Shown: positions 1 to 14,394, counted from the stretch's first letter. The stretch is 64,000 nt of DNA from Schmidtea polychroa (GCA_044892525.1 CM097885.1:50346001-50410000); one strand, 5' to 3'. The notes: generated by a model not told the origin, from the letters alone. Numbers and translations are program-made.

Positions 1-800
1 TATTTTTTTTGTTTATTATTAATTATGTAATAATTTTATTTTTTTAAATTGTTGATTAAATGATAATATTTTTGTTTTTGTTTTAATTATCGATTACTTA
101 ATAATTTAATATTGTTTAAATGGTTAATTATATAATAATATTTTTTGTTTTAATTATCAATTACGTAATAATTTAATTTTGTTTAAATTGTTGATTTTAT
201 GATAATATTTTTATTTTTGTTTTAATTATCGATTACTTAATAATTTTATATTGTTTAAATGGTTAAATATATAATTATATTTTTTTTGTTTTAATTATCA
301 ATTACGTAATAATTTAATTTTGTTTAAATTGTTGATTTTATGATAATATTTTTATTTTTGTTTAAATTATCGATTATTTTTCAAAATATTATTATTTCAA
401 GGTCATATTATTATTTTATTTTAGTTTTGTTTAAATCGTTGATTATATGATAATATTTTTATTTTGGTTTTAATTATCGATTACTTAATAATTTTTTATT
501 TTTTTTTAATTATCGATTACTTAATAATTTAATATTGTTTAAATCGTTAATTATATAATAATATTTTTTTGTTTTAATTATCAATTATGTAATAATTTAA
601 TTTTGTTTAAATTGTTGATTGTATGATAGTATTTTTATTTTTGTTTTAATTATCGATTACTTAATACCTTAATTTTGTTTAAATCGTTGATTATGCAATA
701 ATAATTTTTGTTTAAATTATCAATTATGTAATAATTTAATTTTGTTTAAATCGTTGATTATATTATTTTTTTTGGTTTAATTATCGATTACGCAATAATT
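1..800. repeat. AT-rich ~60/120-bp minisatellite within the left arm (mirror copy ~7230-8390)
   Basis: Recurring units such as TTTTGTTTTAATTATCGATTACTTAATAATTTAAT..TTGTTTAAAT.GTTGATT. Confidence 0.85.
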
Positions 801-888
801 TAATTTATCATTATTATTGGGAAAGATATTAATGCCCGCGCGGAAGATGTTATTTTCAAAATTATTATTTTCAAAGTTTTAATCAATA

Positions 889-992
<104 letters not shown>

Positions 993-1483
993 TCCAAAGT
1001 TATTTTGAAAGTTATTATGAAAATTCTTCTTCTTCTTATTATTATTATAATTTGCAAATATTCATAAAACCTAATTTCTACGTCCATTTCATGCTTTTCA
1101 GCATTTTCATGATTATTTCAGGAACATTTTCATCAAATATTTTTCAAAGTATTATTTTCAAAGAATTATTTTCAAAGAATTATTATTATTATTTTTTATT
1201 ATTATTATTTTTATTATTATTTGCAAAGTTCTAATTATTATTTTAATTTAGAAGTTTCATTATTATTATTTACTTAAATATTCATAAAACTTAATTTCTA
1301 CGTCAATTACATGATTTTCAACATTTTCATCATTTGCATGATTATTTTAATAATTTTCTACATTTTCAATATTTTCACGATTTTCAACATTTTCATGATT
1401 ATTTCAGGAACTTTTCATCGAATATTTTTCAAAGTATTATTTTCAAAGATTTATTTTCAAATTATTTTCAAAGTTTTTATCAA

Positions 1484-1568
<85 letters not shown>

Positions 1569-1760
1569 GGTAAAGAAAAATCTAAAATATGGTTTACACG
1601 CACAACCCATCAACCATTATTATTATTATTATCAATATTAAAAACATAAAATATTTTTACACACACACACAACCCATTAACAATTATTATCAATATTAGT
1701 GAAAACCTAAAATATTTTCTACACACATATACAACCCTTTGAACTTTATTATTATTATTA

Positions 1761-1804
<44 letters not shown>

Positions 1805-1964
1805 ATTAGTCAAAAACTTAAAATAATTTTTACACACTAAGTTATGGGGTAGAGAATTATTATATGTTTGCAGTATTCTGTGTTTGCCTTTACAGGAAAT
1901 TGTCAATAAGGAGTGATAATTTTATACATACATTCTATATACACATACCTTTTTAAAATGGATG

Positions 1965-2056
1965 TATATACTCCTAGTCTATCCGACAAGATATTCTGTC
2001 CCCCTATGGGTATTACCAGCAAGGGTACTGGTCACATTCAACATGTCGCAAGGGTA
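1965..2056 (-). repeat. ~90-bp structured module, copy 1
   Basis: Reverse complement reads TACCCTTGCGACATG...CCAGTACCCTTGCTGG..TACCCATAGGGGGACAGAATATCTTGTCGGATAGACTAGGAGTATA. Confidence 0.85.
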
Positions 2057-2119
2057 AATTAATTAAGGTTAGTAAATAAAACTTATCACACATACTATTT
2101 TTAATAATTATTTAAACTA

Positions 2120-3240
2120 TAAAAATCAAGACAAGAGAGGACAAGGCAAAGTTTATGCATTTAGTATTGCCAGGTCTAATGAGCAGTGACCAAATATCTG
2201 TGCCTGAAAGACACGGTGGATATTTGTTTGCGTCCACAAGGGTCGTCTGTGCATCCCCCAAGTGGGGTCAAAAGAACCTGGGCATTATAGCTTTCCGTAC
2301 GGAACATTACGCCTAGCATGGGTAGTCAACTACCAGGACATTCGAAACGTATAAAAATACATTACAAAATGCATGCGTCATTGGCACTATAACCAAATTA
2401 ATTAATGTTTTCACTAACAACAATATATATTTACAGAGGCCTCCCACTAGTTGGATTACAACCGCCTACCACGACGATCAGCTTGTAAATATATATTAAT
2501 TAAGGGATAAAGAGGACCCACCCAACCCTTTTATATTTAATTTACAAATTTTTCTCGCTCTTCTGCTGGTAATCTATCTCAAAATTATCATCTCCATCGG
2601 GCCATTTGGAATACATCTTGCAAATTGGACGTATTTCTTAGTTTCTGATGCGGCGTCAACTATCATTGCTAAAATTTATATTGATTTAAAAGCAATTAAC
2701 TTACATTATCTAACATTTTATCGTCACAGGCTTGATAAATTAGTCAACTGTTATTTGTGGTATACTTTTTCCATGTCATTTCCCACCATAAAACACAGAT
2801 ACCTAAATATAATATATATATTTTAAAGAATTAATTCATGTCTTACATTAATAATAATATTCTTCAGGTATGACGAGTACTTTACTTAATTGCTAAAACA
2901 TCGATTTTTCCCATTTTTTTTGACATTCGTTGAAAGTTTACATAATTTAAGTCTGATAAGTAAACATTCATGTTGAAGGACACCCACAATCAGCTAATTC
3001 ATTTAAGAAATCCGGAACTATAACTCCTTTAGTGTTTCACCATTTTGTCTGGTCATCTTCCCCATAATCCAATAATTCATGTTTTAATAAGAAATCTCTA
3101 AATCCAGAACATAAGTCTTTTAGTGTTTCACTATTTTTTCTGGTTTATCTTCTTCATAATTATATAATTCATTTTCTTCATTACTAAGTAAAATAATTAA
3201 AATATTGTAGTAAATTCTTTATATACTTACTTTATGGATA
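2120..3240 (-). pseudogene. Decayed spliced gene of unknown family in the inverted-repeat spacer
   Basis: Short GTAAG...TAG intron candidates on the minus strand (2669-2704, 2803-2846, 3184-3230) separate higher-GC exon-like blocks with stops and frameshifts; internal duplication of an ETLK(D/E)L..SGF-coding segment. Confidence 0.4.
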
Positions 3241-3914
3241 CTAAAACGAAAGAAATAAAGTTATATGAAAAGTTTATTTAAATAATTTAAATTTAGTTAT
3301 TTAAAAATATTTAAACAATTTAGTTATTTAAGCATATTTAAACATTAATATTATTATATAGTATAATTTTATATAATATTATAATATTATAATTTTATGT
3401 ATTCTAAATTTATTAATAAATACAGTATAATTTTATATAATATTATAATTTTATGTACACTTATATATCCTTCATTTAATTTTTTAAATTCAAAAATTTA
3501 TAATGAAGATTCTTTGAATTAAAAAATATTCTGTTAGTATTTCCAGGCAGAAAACAACGAATTCAATAATTAAATCTTAATTTTCATGTTGTTAGGGTTG
3601 TGGCCAGAAGTTAATCGCCATCTAATCGTTTGTTCTCAATTTCGATCATTTTTGTTCAAAACATTCAGGTGAGTTGTTATCTGGAAAGTTTCTTTTAGCT
3701 CAGTTTTGTTAAAACACTCACGGTATTTTTGAGGGACGTGACACTGGAAATAAATTAACAATGGGTGGTCATCCATACATGTTGTTGGTCTGAGCTGTCG
3801 ATTTACTTTAGAAATAGGTATATTAAAAACATTTAAGTTATCATTCAGTAAAATAATATAGTATTTTTTAGTTAATTTATAAATAACAGTATTTTGATAT
3901 ATCAATAAAGACCA

Positions 3915-4006
3915 TATACTTCGAGTTCATCCGACAAAATATTCTGTCCCCCTATGGGTATTACCAGCAAGGGTACTGGTCACATTCAACATGTCGCAAG
4001 GGTATA
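3915..4006 (-). repeat. ~90-bp structured module, copy 2
   Basis: Near-identical to copy 1; bounded by TATAC...GTATA. Confidence 0.85.
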
Positions 4007-5593
4007 ATAATCATTTAGAAATTCTTAGGTAATTTAGTGAGATGATCAGAAATTCGTGAATATTTTAAATGTAACTTTACACTTATGTCGAGCGACTAAT
4101 TTATTGGTTAACCTTTTAGACATTTAAAGCAAAAGGTAATTTATTCATCTAATGTTCGTTACAATAGTTATTAATATGAGAAAAACATGGTCATTATTCA
4201 TTGATAATTTTAAATTCTTTATCATTTGGAGTAAATTTGTTCGAGGCAAAAATATTTAAAGGAGTCATAATAGAAATATGGTTATCATTTAACCAAATAA
4301 GGTGCTTATTAGTTAAAAATACATGTTCATATAGGGTTATATTTCTTTTCTAATTTAATTAGATGATCATTAGACGTAATATATCTTTGCGAGAAATTTC
4401 AGATGTTTGAGTAACCAAAACATGGATATTTTGTGGGAAAAATTTATGAATATTGGTTAATTTTGTTATTTTTAGTCATTTAAAATAATATTTAGCAAAG
4501 GTAATTTAGCAAAATATCATTTATCCATCCGATAACAATATTCCTTCAATAGATTAACTGATATTTAACCGATTTAATTTCTAGAAATCTAATTAAAATC
4601 ATAAATTTCCTTCACTGATATCCTCACAATGAATAAAATAACTTCTTAAATAAACTAATTTAAAGAAATAACCTTTGATATCATTTATCTCTAAAGATTT
4701 CAAATATTTCATTGTCAAAACCAAGTAAATAGATTATTAACCCTAAACGACTTAATAAAACAGTGGATAATTAATAAAAACTTGTTCTAAAACATAAATC
4801 TAAATTACTGTGCAATAACATTCATCACGACCTAATAAACCTCTAAAACGATATAAGTTCACTGGAATTATTATTAATTCATAGCTAAATACTGACTATT
4901 TCCTTTGATATTTTACCAATAAGAACATTGTCGATTTAAATAGAGATTTAATTGTTAAAAACATTCTTCCATTGAAATAATTTCGTATCTAAGAGCCCAC
5001 TAAAAGATCAAAATTCATTAAAATAAATATTTAATCACATGCATCATCAAATACCTAACTAGAGATGATAATATTTCATTGATTGATCATAATTCTTCAT
5101 CAATTCAACTAATTATAACCATTATAACATGATATATCTTTCAAACTAAATTTCGGTATATTTTACAATAATTTTCAAGTAAATTTCAAATATATCATCA
5201 TCGTGTAAACATTATCTGGTTTCAACTTTAGATTTTCAATATTTAAAAATTCATCAATATTCTTAGAAAAATATATGAAAAAATTATATAGTCAAATTCA
5301 ATATCATTACAAAGTCATCATCATCAAATTTATCCTATCACTTGATTATTAACATTAAAAATTAATTTTTATTTAAAATTTAAAAACAAGTCAATAAAAT
5401 ATAGCAAATTATCAAGAAATTAATTAAATTTATCTTAGAATTAACACTAAACCTTAAATTTTTAAATATTCTTTCAATTAACATGAAATTCACAAAAAAT
5501 GTTAGTAAAATCCCGCTAACTCTAAAAAATTACCAATGAATTTAATGCCAAATAATAACCAAAAATTTGCCTAAATAAAATCATTAAAACACA

Positions 5594-5690
5594 CCAGTAC
5601 CTTTACGACCAGTACCCTTACGACCAATACCCTTACAAGCAGTACCCATAGAGGGAGAAAATATGTTGTCGGATAAACTCAGAGTATATA
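5594..5690 (+). repeat. ~90-bp structured module, diverged copy 3
   Basis: Tandem CCAGTACCCTTACGA sub-units followed by TACCCATAGAGGGAGAAAATATGTTGTCGGATAAACTCAGAGTATA. Confidence 0.75.
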
Positions 5691-5824
5691 TAATAAAACG
5701 AATTAACAATAACTCTATCAAATTGAATCAGTCAAATTATCACAAATTTGATAAAAAATCTTATTCTAAAATGGTAAGCAGCGTAAAATCGAAAGATAAT
5801 TTTAATAAATTTAATAACACATAA

Positions 5825-8036
<2,212 letters not shown>

Positions 8037-8384
8037 TTATTATATAATTAACGATTTAAACAATATTAAATTATTAAGTAATCGATAATTAAAACAAAAA
8101 TAAACATATTATTATATAATCAACGATTTAAACAAAATTAAATTATTAAGTAATCGATAATTAAAACAAAAATAAAAATATTATCATATAATCAACAATT
8201 TAAACAAAATTTAATTATTACATAATTGATAATTAAAACAAAAAAAATATTATCATATAATCAACGATTTAAACAAAATTTAATTATTACATAATTGAAA
8301 ATTAAAATAAAAAATAAAAATATTATTGTATAATCAACGATTTAAACAAAATTAAATTATTAAATAATCGATAATTAAAACAAA

Positions 8385-9146
8385 AATAATATGACCTTGA
8401 AAATAATAATATGACCTTGAAATTAATAATATTTTGAAAAATAATAATATGACCTTGAAAATAATAATATTTTGAAAAATAATAATATGACCTTGAAAAT
8501 ATTAATATGACCTTGAAAATAATAATATTTTGAAAAATAATAATATGACCTTGAAAATAATAATATTTTGAAAAATAATAATATGACCTTGAAAATAATA
8601 ATATTTTGAAAAATAATAATATGACCTTGAAAATAATAATATTTTGAAAAATAATAATATGACCTTGAAAATAATAATATTTTGAAAAATAATAATATGA
8701 CCTTGAAAATAATAATATTTTGAAAAATAATAATATGACCTTGAAAATAATAATATTTTGAAAAATAATAATATGACCTTGAAAATAATAATATTTTGAA
8801 AAATAATAATATGACCTTGAAAATAATAATATTTTGAAAAATAATAATATGACCTTGAAAATAATAATATTTTGAAAAATAATAATATGACCTTGAAAAT
8901 AATAATATTTTGAAAAATAATAATATGACCTTGAAAATAATAATATTTTGAAAAATAATAATATGACCTTGAAAATAATAATATTTTGAAAAATAATAAT
9001 ATGACCTTGAAAATAATAATATGACCTTGAAAAATAATAATATGACCTTGAAAAAATAAATGACCTTGAAAATAATAATATTTTGAAAAATAATAATATG
9101 ACCTTGAAAATAATAATATTTTGAAAAATAATAATATGACCTTGAA
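8385..9146. repeat. 38-bp tandem minisatellite
   Basis: Unit ATAATAATATGACCTTGAAAATAATAATATTTTGAAAA repeated with near-perfect identity. Confidence 0.95.
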
Positions 9147-9206
9147 AAAAAAAATAATAATATCAATTTGAAAAAATAAAATAATCAAATGCGAGTTATT
9201 GAGCGT

Positions 9207-9276
9207 GAGCAGTACCCTTGTGAGCATTACCCATAGGGGGACAGAATATTTTTGTCGGATAGACTCGGAGTATATA
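9207..9276 (+). repeat. ~90-bp structured module, copy 5 (5' diverged)
   Basis: GAGCAGTACCCTTGTGAGCATTACCCATAGGGGGACAGAATATTTTTGTCGGATAGACTCGGAGTATATA. Confidence 0.8.
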
Positions 9277-9519
<243 letters not shown>

Positions 9520-9674
9520 GATATATGGCTCATTCGAAAGGTCTTGGATTGAGCTTTAAAATGAGCTATCGATTATTAATTTTCGTTGGCGGGAACTTTG
9601 AAAAAATTAAAAATAAAATAATAATATTTTTAAAAATAATAATAAAAATAATAATATTTTTTAAAAATAATAAT

Positions 9675-10400
9675 ATGACCTTGATGAGTCATCGCGATGA
9701 CTCATATGACATTGGGAATGACCTTGGATGAGTCACGTGACCTTGAAAATGACCTTGATGAGTCATATGATGAGTCAGATGACCTTGAAAATGACCTTGA
9801 AAATTTTGATGAGTCATCGGATGAGTCATATGACCTTGAGAATGACCTTGATGAGTCATAGGATGAGTCATATGACCTTGGAAAAATTTTTCAAGGTCAA
9901 ATGAGTCATACTATGAGTCATATGACCTTGAAAATGACCTTGATGAGTCATAGGATGAGTCATATGACCTTGAAAAAAATTTTTCAAGGGCAAATTAGTC
10001 ATACTATAAGTCATATGACCTTGAAAATGACCTTGATGAGTCATATTATGAGTCATATGACCTTGAAAAAAATTTTTCAAGGACAAATGAGTCATACTAT
10101 GAGTCATATGACCTTGAAAAAATTTTTCAAGGTCATATGAGTCATACTATGAGTCATGGTCTTTGTTTCAATGACCTTGGTGAGTCATAGGATGAGTCAT
10201 ATGAACTTTGAAAAAATTTTCAAGGTCATATGAGTCATACTATGAGTCATATGACCTTAAAAATGACCTTGATGAGTCATCGGATGAGTCATGGTCTTTG
10301 TTTAAATGACCTTGAAAAATTTGATGAGTCATAGGATGACTCATGGTCTTTGTTTCAATGACCTTGATGAGTCATATGTCTTTGTTTATATTTGACCTTG
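9675..10400. promoter_or_regulatory. Dense array of ATGAGTCAT, TGACCTTGA and GTCTTTGTT motifs (subterminal/enhancer-like array)
   Basis: Many interleaved copies of each motif; perfect 22-bp palindrome ATGAGTCATCGCGATGACTCAT at 9684-9705. The regulatory role is inferred. Confidence 0.55.
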
Positions 10401-10449
10401 AAAAAAAATGTACTTTTAGACTTAGAATATTTTTGAAAATCTTACCGAC

Positions 10450-10519
10450 GGGGGGGGGAGGGGGGAGGGGGGTACTGTGCTAGCGGTGCCCTGTGCCAGC
10501 GGTGCCCAATCCATCTACT
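10450..10519 (+). other. Candidate Polinton-type right terminus: G-tract, 16-bp tandem repeat, ...CCATCTACT
   Basis: G-runs at 10450-10472; TGTGC(T/C)AGCGGTGCCC twice (10476-10507); ends in CTACT, consistent with the 5'-AG...CT-3' termini of Polintons. Confidence 0.45.
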
Positions 10520-10521
10520 GT

Positions 10522-10626
10522 ATGCGTAAAATCATATATAAACAACAAGGAGGCTTCATTGCAGCCTTGATACCAATAGCATTATCTTTATTGGGAGGGG
10601 CAGGTTTACTAAAATCATCATCATAA
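10522..10626 (+). CDS. pX-like small virion peptide (34 aa; may be the C-terminal remnant of a longer gene)
   Basis: MRKIIYKQQGGFIAALIPIALSLLGGAGLLKSSS*: basic stretch, GG|F and a hydrophobic helix, as in adenovirus pX and Polinton GGF-motif proteins; too short for the ORF track. Confidence 0.75.
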   Translation: MRKIIYKQQGGFIAALIPIALSLLGGAGLLKSSS

Positions 10627-10629
10627 ACA

Positions 10630-10851
10630 ATGGGTCAATCATTACCAAATCTTAATTTGAATTTTAAATCTTCCTGTTGTAATGGAGAAGATTTGGACGA
10701 ACCCAGAAGACGAAGCCGGTTTCGGTGGAATCGCAAAATTAAAGAAAAGAGTTCCGAATTCGAAAAAAGAAACCCAGAAATGGTTATCAAATCAACTCGC
10801 GTACAGTTTGAACAAACCAATGCAGAAAAGATTTCCAACAAGAGCATATAA
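10630..10851 (+). CDS. Putative overprinted small basic protein
   Basis: ATG 3 nt after the pX-like stop; 73 aa, mostly in an alternative frame of the integrase; MG start, CC pair, RRRSRFRWNRK. Confidence 0.35.
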   Translation: MGQSLPNLNLNFKSSCCNGEDLDEPRRRSRFRWNRKIKEKSSEFEKRNPEMVIKSTRVQFEQTNAEKISNKSI

Positions 10852-11069
10852 AACATATGGAATAATTGATTTGTGGCAAATGGATTTGATGGAGATGATA
10901 CCCTATTCAAAAATTAACAAGGGGTATAAATATATTTTAACATGTATTGATGTATTCAGTCGGTTTGCCCGAGCAATACCAGTCAAGTCAAAATCTGCAG
11001 ATGAAATGTCCAAAGCTATTAATATTTTATTTAAAAATGGACATCCTAATAATTTACAAACGGATTTAG

Positions 11070-11143
<74 letters not shown>

Positions 11144-11773
11144 TTAGGTAAAGAATTCTGCAACAGTAAAGTTAAGCAAATCCTCGATAAACTGAAAATA
11201 AATCACTACTCGGTACATTCTCAATACAAAGCTGCTCATGTTGAAAGATTTAACAGAACCTTGAGAGATAGATTAAAGAAATTGTTCGTGTATCAAGGTA
11301 ATAAAAAATGGGTATTGGTTTTACCAAAAATTATAACCAGTTATAATAATTCATCACATCGAGGACTTAATGGATTGAGACCGGTTGATATCACATCAAA
11401 AACATTCTATTCTAAAAAATCTGAAAAAATTACAAAACCGAAATATAAAGTTGGTGACCATGTTAGAATTAGTAAAATTAGTGGATCACCATTTATTAAA
11501 AATTTCGATAAAAATTGGAGTGATGAAGTCTTTGTAATTTCGAAAATAAATACTAGCCAGAACCCCGTAATGTATGTCATCAAAGATTCTGATAATGACA
11601 TTGTACAAGGGAAATTTTATGAGCAAGAATTACAAGTCATTCCTCCCCCAAAAGTATTTAGAATTCAAAAAATATTGAAAACTAAAATTGTGGGTAAGGA
11701 TAAACAATACTATGTCAAATGGCATGGATATAAAAACCCATCATGGATATCGTCTCGAGACCTCGTAAAATGA
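10682..11773 (+). CDS. Retroviral-like DDE integrase with C-terminal chromodomain; intron 11070-11147
   Basis: WQMDL, LTCIDVFSRF, QTDLG|KEF, HVERFNRTL; C-terminal YYVKWHGY...SWI chromodomain-like motif; the poly-Ile stretch is removed by a GT-AG intron. Confidence 0.95.
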
Positions 11774-12789
11774 ATTTTTACATTATTTTGCCAAGTAATA
11801 GTTGTCCGAATATACATCCAGAAAACACTGCCAGTAAATTTATGGTCAATCTCCAAAATCCGATTTATTTAAATGGTAATTGGGAAGTTGCTCTCCTTGA
11901 CTTTACATTTGTGTACAATCTCTTTCCAATTTATAGTAAAGCTAAAATTGAATATAAAAAGAAAGAGACGCAAAGAAATATCTCTTTTGTCATTGATAAT
12001 GTAGAAGATCGAATTGATATTGGTCCTTCCGATTCAATTGTCAAAATGTATATTGATCGTCAATATTTAATAGTTGAATGTAAATATCATCCCTTTACTA
12101 TAAAATTTGATAGTTTAGCAATGGCAAAACGATTGGAATTAACAAGTCAGAGTAATAGAAATCATACTAATATATTCCAAGTACTACGGCCGGGATTTAC
12201 CAAAGTAGCAGCGCGATATGAAACAATTTCAATGAAAGTTGAGTTTGAGGGTGAAACTGAAAATACATATACGTTTAATGAGAATTTATACATTTCTAAA
12301 TTGGAGGAATTACAATCATATTTAATTCAGAATTGTGGATCAATATTTAAATCATTGGAATTAGTAGACAATACTTTGTTCAAATTCAGTTTGAATACTG
12401 ATATTACTGAAATTACTTTTGATAAAAATCTAATAAAAACATTAGGATTATCAAAAGGAACATATATTCAAAATGGAAAATTAAATGTAGGTATGAATAA
12501 ACCGAAAATAATTAAACTTCATCATCAAATGTTTCTCTATACTAATATTATTGAACCCATAATTGTTGGTGATTCTTTGGTTCCTCTATTGAAATCTATT
12601 TGGGTTGAGAAACATGAACAAGATGATGTTGTACAAATCAATGTAGAAAATCCCATGTATTTGCCTGTTTCAACATCCTGTATAAACAATATAGAAATAA
12701 ATATAAGAGATGATTCTTGTCAATTAATCGAATTTGCAAAAGATTCAAAAACTCATTTGACACTACATTTTCGTAAAGTAGATGGCTAA
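11770..12789 (+). CDS. Polinton minor capsid (penton-like) protein
   Basis: FYIILPSNS..PENTASKF..L..PIYLNGNWEVAL at the N-terminus; YTNIIEP..VGDSLVPLL..PMYLPV..IEINIRDD..LTLHFRK at the C-terminus; ATG overlaps the integrase TGA (ATGA). Confidence 0.88.
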   Translation: MNFYIILPSNSCPNIHPENTASKFMVNLQNPIYLNGNWEVALLDFTFVYNLFPIYSKAKIEYKKKETQRNISFVIDNVEDRIDIGPSDSIVKMYIDRQYLIVECKYHPFTIKFDSLAMAKRLELTSQSNRNHTNIFQVLRPGFTKVAARYETISMKVEFEGETENTYTFNENLYISKLEELQSYLIQNCGSIFKSLELVDNTLFKFSLNTDITEITFDKNLIKTLGLSKGTYIQNGKLNVGMNKPKIIKLHHQMFLYTNIIEPIIVGDSLVPLLKSIWVEKHEQDDVVQINVENPMYLPVSTSCINNIEINIRDDSCQLIEFAKDSKTHLTLHFRKVDG

Positions 12790-13171
12790 TTCTGATATTA
12801 TTAGTATGTATAGTGGTAGCCAAAGTGGTGGCGAATTACCATATTTTGTTGGTAAACAGTACGGAAGTGGGTGGTTGAGAACAATTGGTAGATTTGCGTT
12901 ACCAATTCTTAAACGTATTGGTAATTTCGGTATGAAAACTGCAAAAGATGTAATTATGAATGACAAGAAAATATTACCATCGTTGAAATCAAATGCAATT
13001 ACTGAAATAAGTAAAGTAATACCTGGTATGTTTAAAACTGAACCAGCACCGGTACCAGTAAAACGTAAATTTGAAAGTGAAATTAAAACAAGTATGGGAA
13101 CTAAACGCAAGAGAGGGAGAAGGCATATAAACAAACGAATGAAAGGACACGGAACCATATTTGAAGAATGA
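12782..13171 (+). CDS. Polinton core/pVII-like basic protein
   Basis: QSGG, QYGSG and MKGHG protease-type motifs, amphipathic WLRTIGRFALPILKRIG, Arg/Lys-rich tail; lies between the minor and major capsid genes. Confidence 0.75.
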   Translation: MANSDIISMYSGSQSGGELPYFVGKQYGSGWLRTIGRFALPILKRIGNFGMKTAKDVIMNDKKILPSLKSNAITEISKVIPGMFKTEPAPVPVKRKFESEIKTSMGTKRKRGRRHINKRMKGHGTIFEE

Positions 13172-14394
13172 TTTGCGGTAAATCTGAATTATGTATATTT
13201 GATCGACCATCGCCTCAGGCGGTTATCGAATATGAAGCATTTGAAGATGTATTTCCAATGAATTCTATTACCGATAGTAGAAATGATGTGGAATTTTACA
13301 TTAATGGTTCTCAAACAGAATATTTAGATTTGAACGATACTTTGTTGTATGTTCAAATAAAAGTTGTAGATAAAGACAATAAAGCATTAGCTGCAGATGA
13401 TACAACTGAACCTAATAATTTCTTGTTTCATACTCTCTTTAAAGATGTTATTCTTGGATTTAATAACATTAAAATTGAGGGTGGAAACAATACATATGCT
13501 CACAAGGCAATTATCGAAACTATTTTAAATTATAATAATGATACTAAAGATACTTGTCTAACTCCAATGGGATATGGTGTATCTGATGATCGAAAAAAGT
13601 GGATTAAAGGCTCAAAACCTTTCAACATGTGTTCATCTCTACAATTGGATTTTATGGATCAACCCAAATATTTACTACCAGGTGTTAATGTACATATGAG
13701 ATTGAAAAGATCTGATTCTGCATTGTCATTATTAACTGGAGTTGCAGGTGCAGCACCTAAATTAATATTACTCGATGCCAAATTAATGGTTCGAAGAGTT
13801 CGATGTGAATCGTCTGTATTAGCGGGACATCAAATTGGATTAAATACCAAACATGCAATTTATCCGATAAAAACAAAAGAAATTGTATCATTTGCAATTG
13901 CTAAAGGAGCATCATCTTTTTACAAGGAGCAAATATTTGGAGATCGAAGAATGCCTAATTTTATCCTTGTAACTTTTCAAAGTGAAGCTCAATATAACGG
14001 ATCTTATGATACATCTTCATCAAAATTCAAACACTTTAGTGTAACTTCTCTTTCATTATCGAAAAATACTGATTATCGAGAAACTTATACTCAAGATTTT
14101 GATAATGATAATTATTGTACTTCATATATGCAAAGTCTTGTCAGAAATTTACGATATTTGGATAAAAATCTTAATTGTGGTATAAATCTGGAAGAATTCA
14201 AAACATTCTATCCATTTTTCACATTTGTTCTGGCTCCAGATTTTGATTTAAATCAAAGTCAATTACCTCAAAGTGGCAATTTGAGATTGGATATTAAGTT
14301 CGGTAAAGCAACTACTGAACCAGTCCATGTAATAATCTATGGGGTTTTTGAAAATGAAATCCAAATTACTGCAAATCGAACTGTACTAGTATAA
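13168..14394 (+). CDS. Polinton major capsid (double jelly-roll, hexon-like) protein
   Basis: CGKSELCIFD..PQ N-terminus, YLDLNDTLLYV, DFMDQPKYLLPGV, GNLRLDIKF; 408 aa, intact. Confidence 0.9.
   Translation: MICGKSELCIFDRPSPQAVIEYEAFEDVFPMNSITDSRNDVEFYINGSQTEYLDLNDTLLYVQIKVVDKDNKALAADDTTEPNNFLFHTLFKDVILGFNNIKIEGGNNTYAHKAIIETILNYNNDTKDTCLTPMGYGVSDDRKKWIKGSKPFNMCSSLQLDFMDQPKYLLPGVNVHMRLKRSDSALSLLTGVAGAAPKLILLDAKLMVRRVRCESSVLAGHQIGLNTKHAIYPIKTKEIVSFAIAKGASSFYKEQIFGDRRMPNFILVTFQSEAQYNGSYDTSSSKFKHFSVTSLSLSKNTDYRETYTQDFDNDNYCTSYMQSLVRNLRYLDKNLNCGINLEEFKTFYPFFTFVLAPDFDLNQSQLPQSGNLRLDIKFGKATTEPVHVIIYGVFENEIQITANRTVLV

Noticed and set aside
8385..9146. CRISPR-like appearance of the 38-bp repeat
   Set aside because: Head-to-tail identical units with no unique spacers, no cas genes, eukaryotic context
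9689..10140. MTH/MSH-repeat peptides
   Set aside because: Artefact of the palindromic ATGAGTCAT array, open on both strands
11743..11769. ORF-track start of the minor capsid gene
   Set aside because: ATG 11770 fits the family N-terminus and the ATGA overlap better
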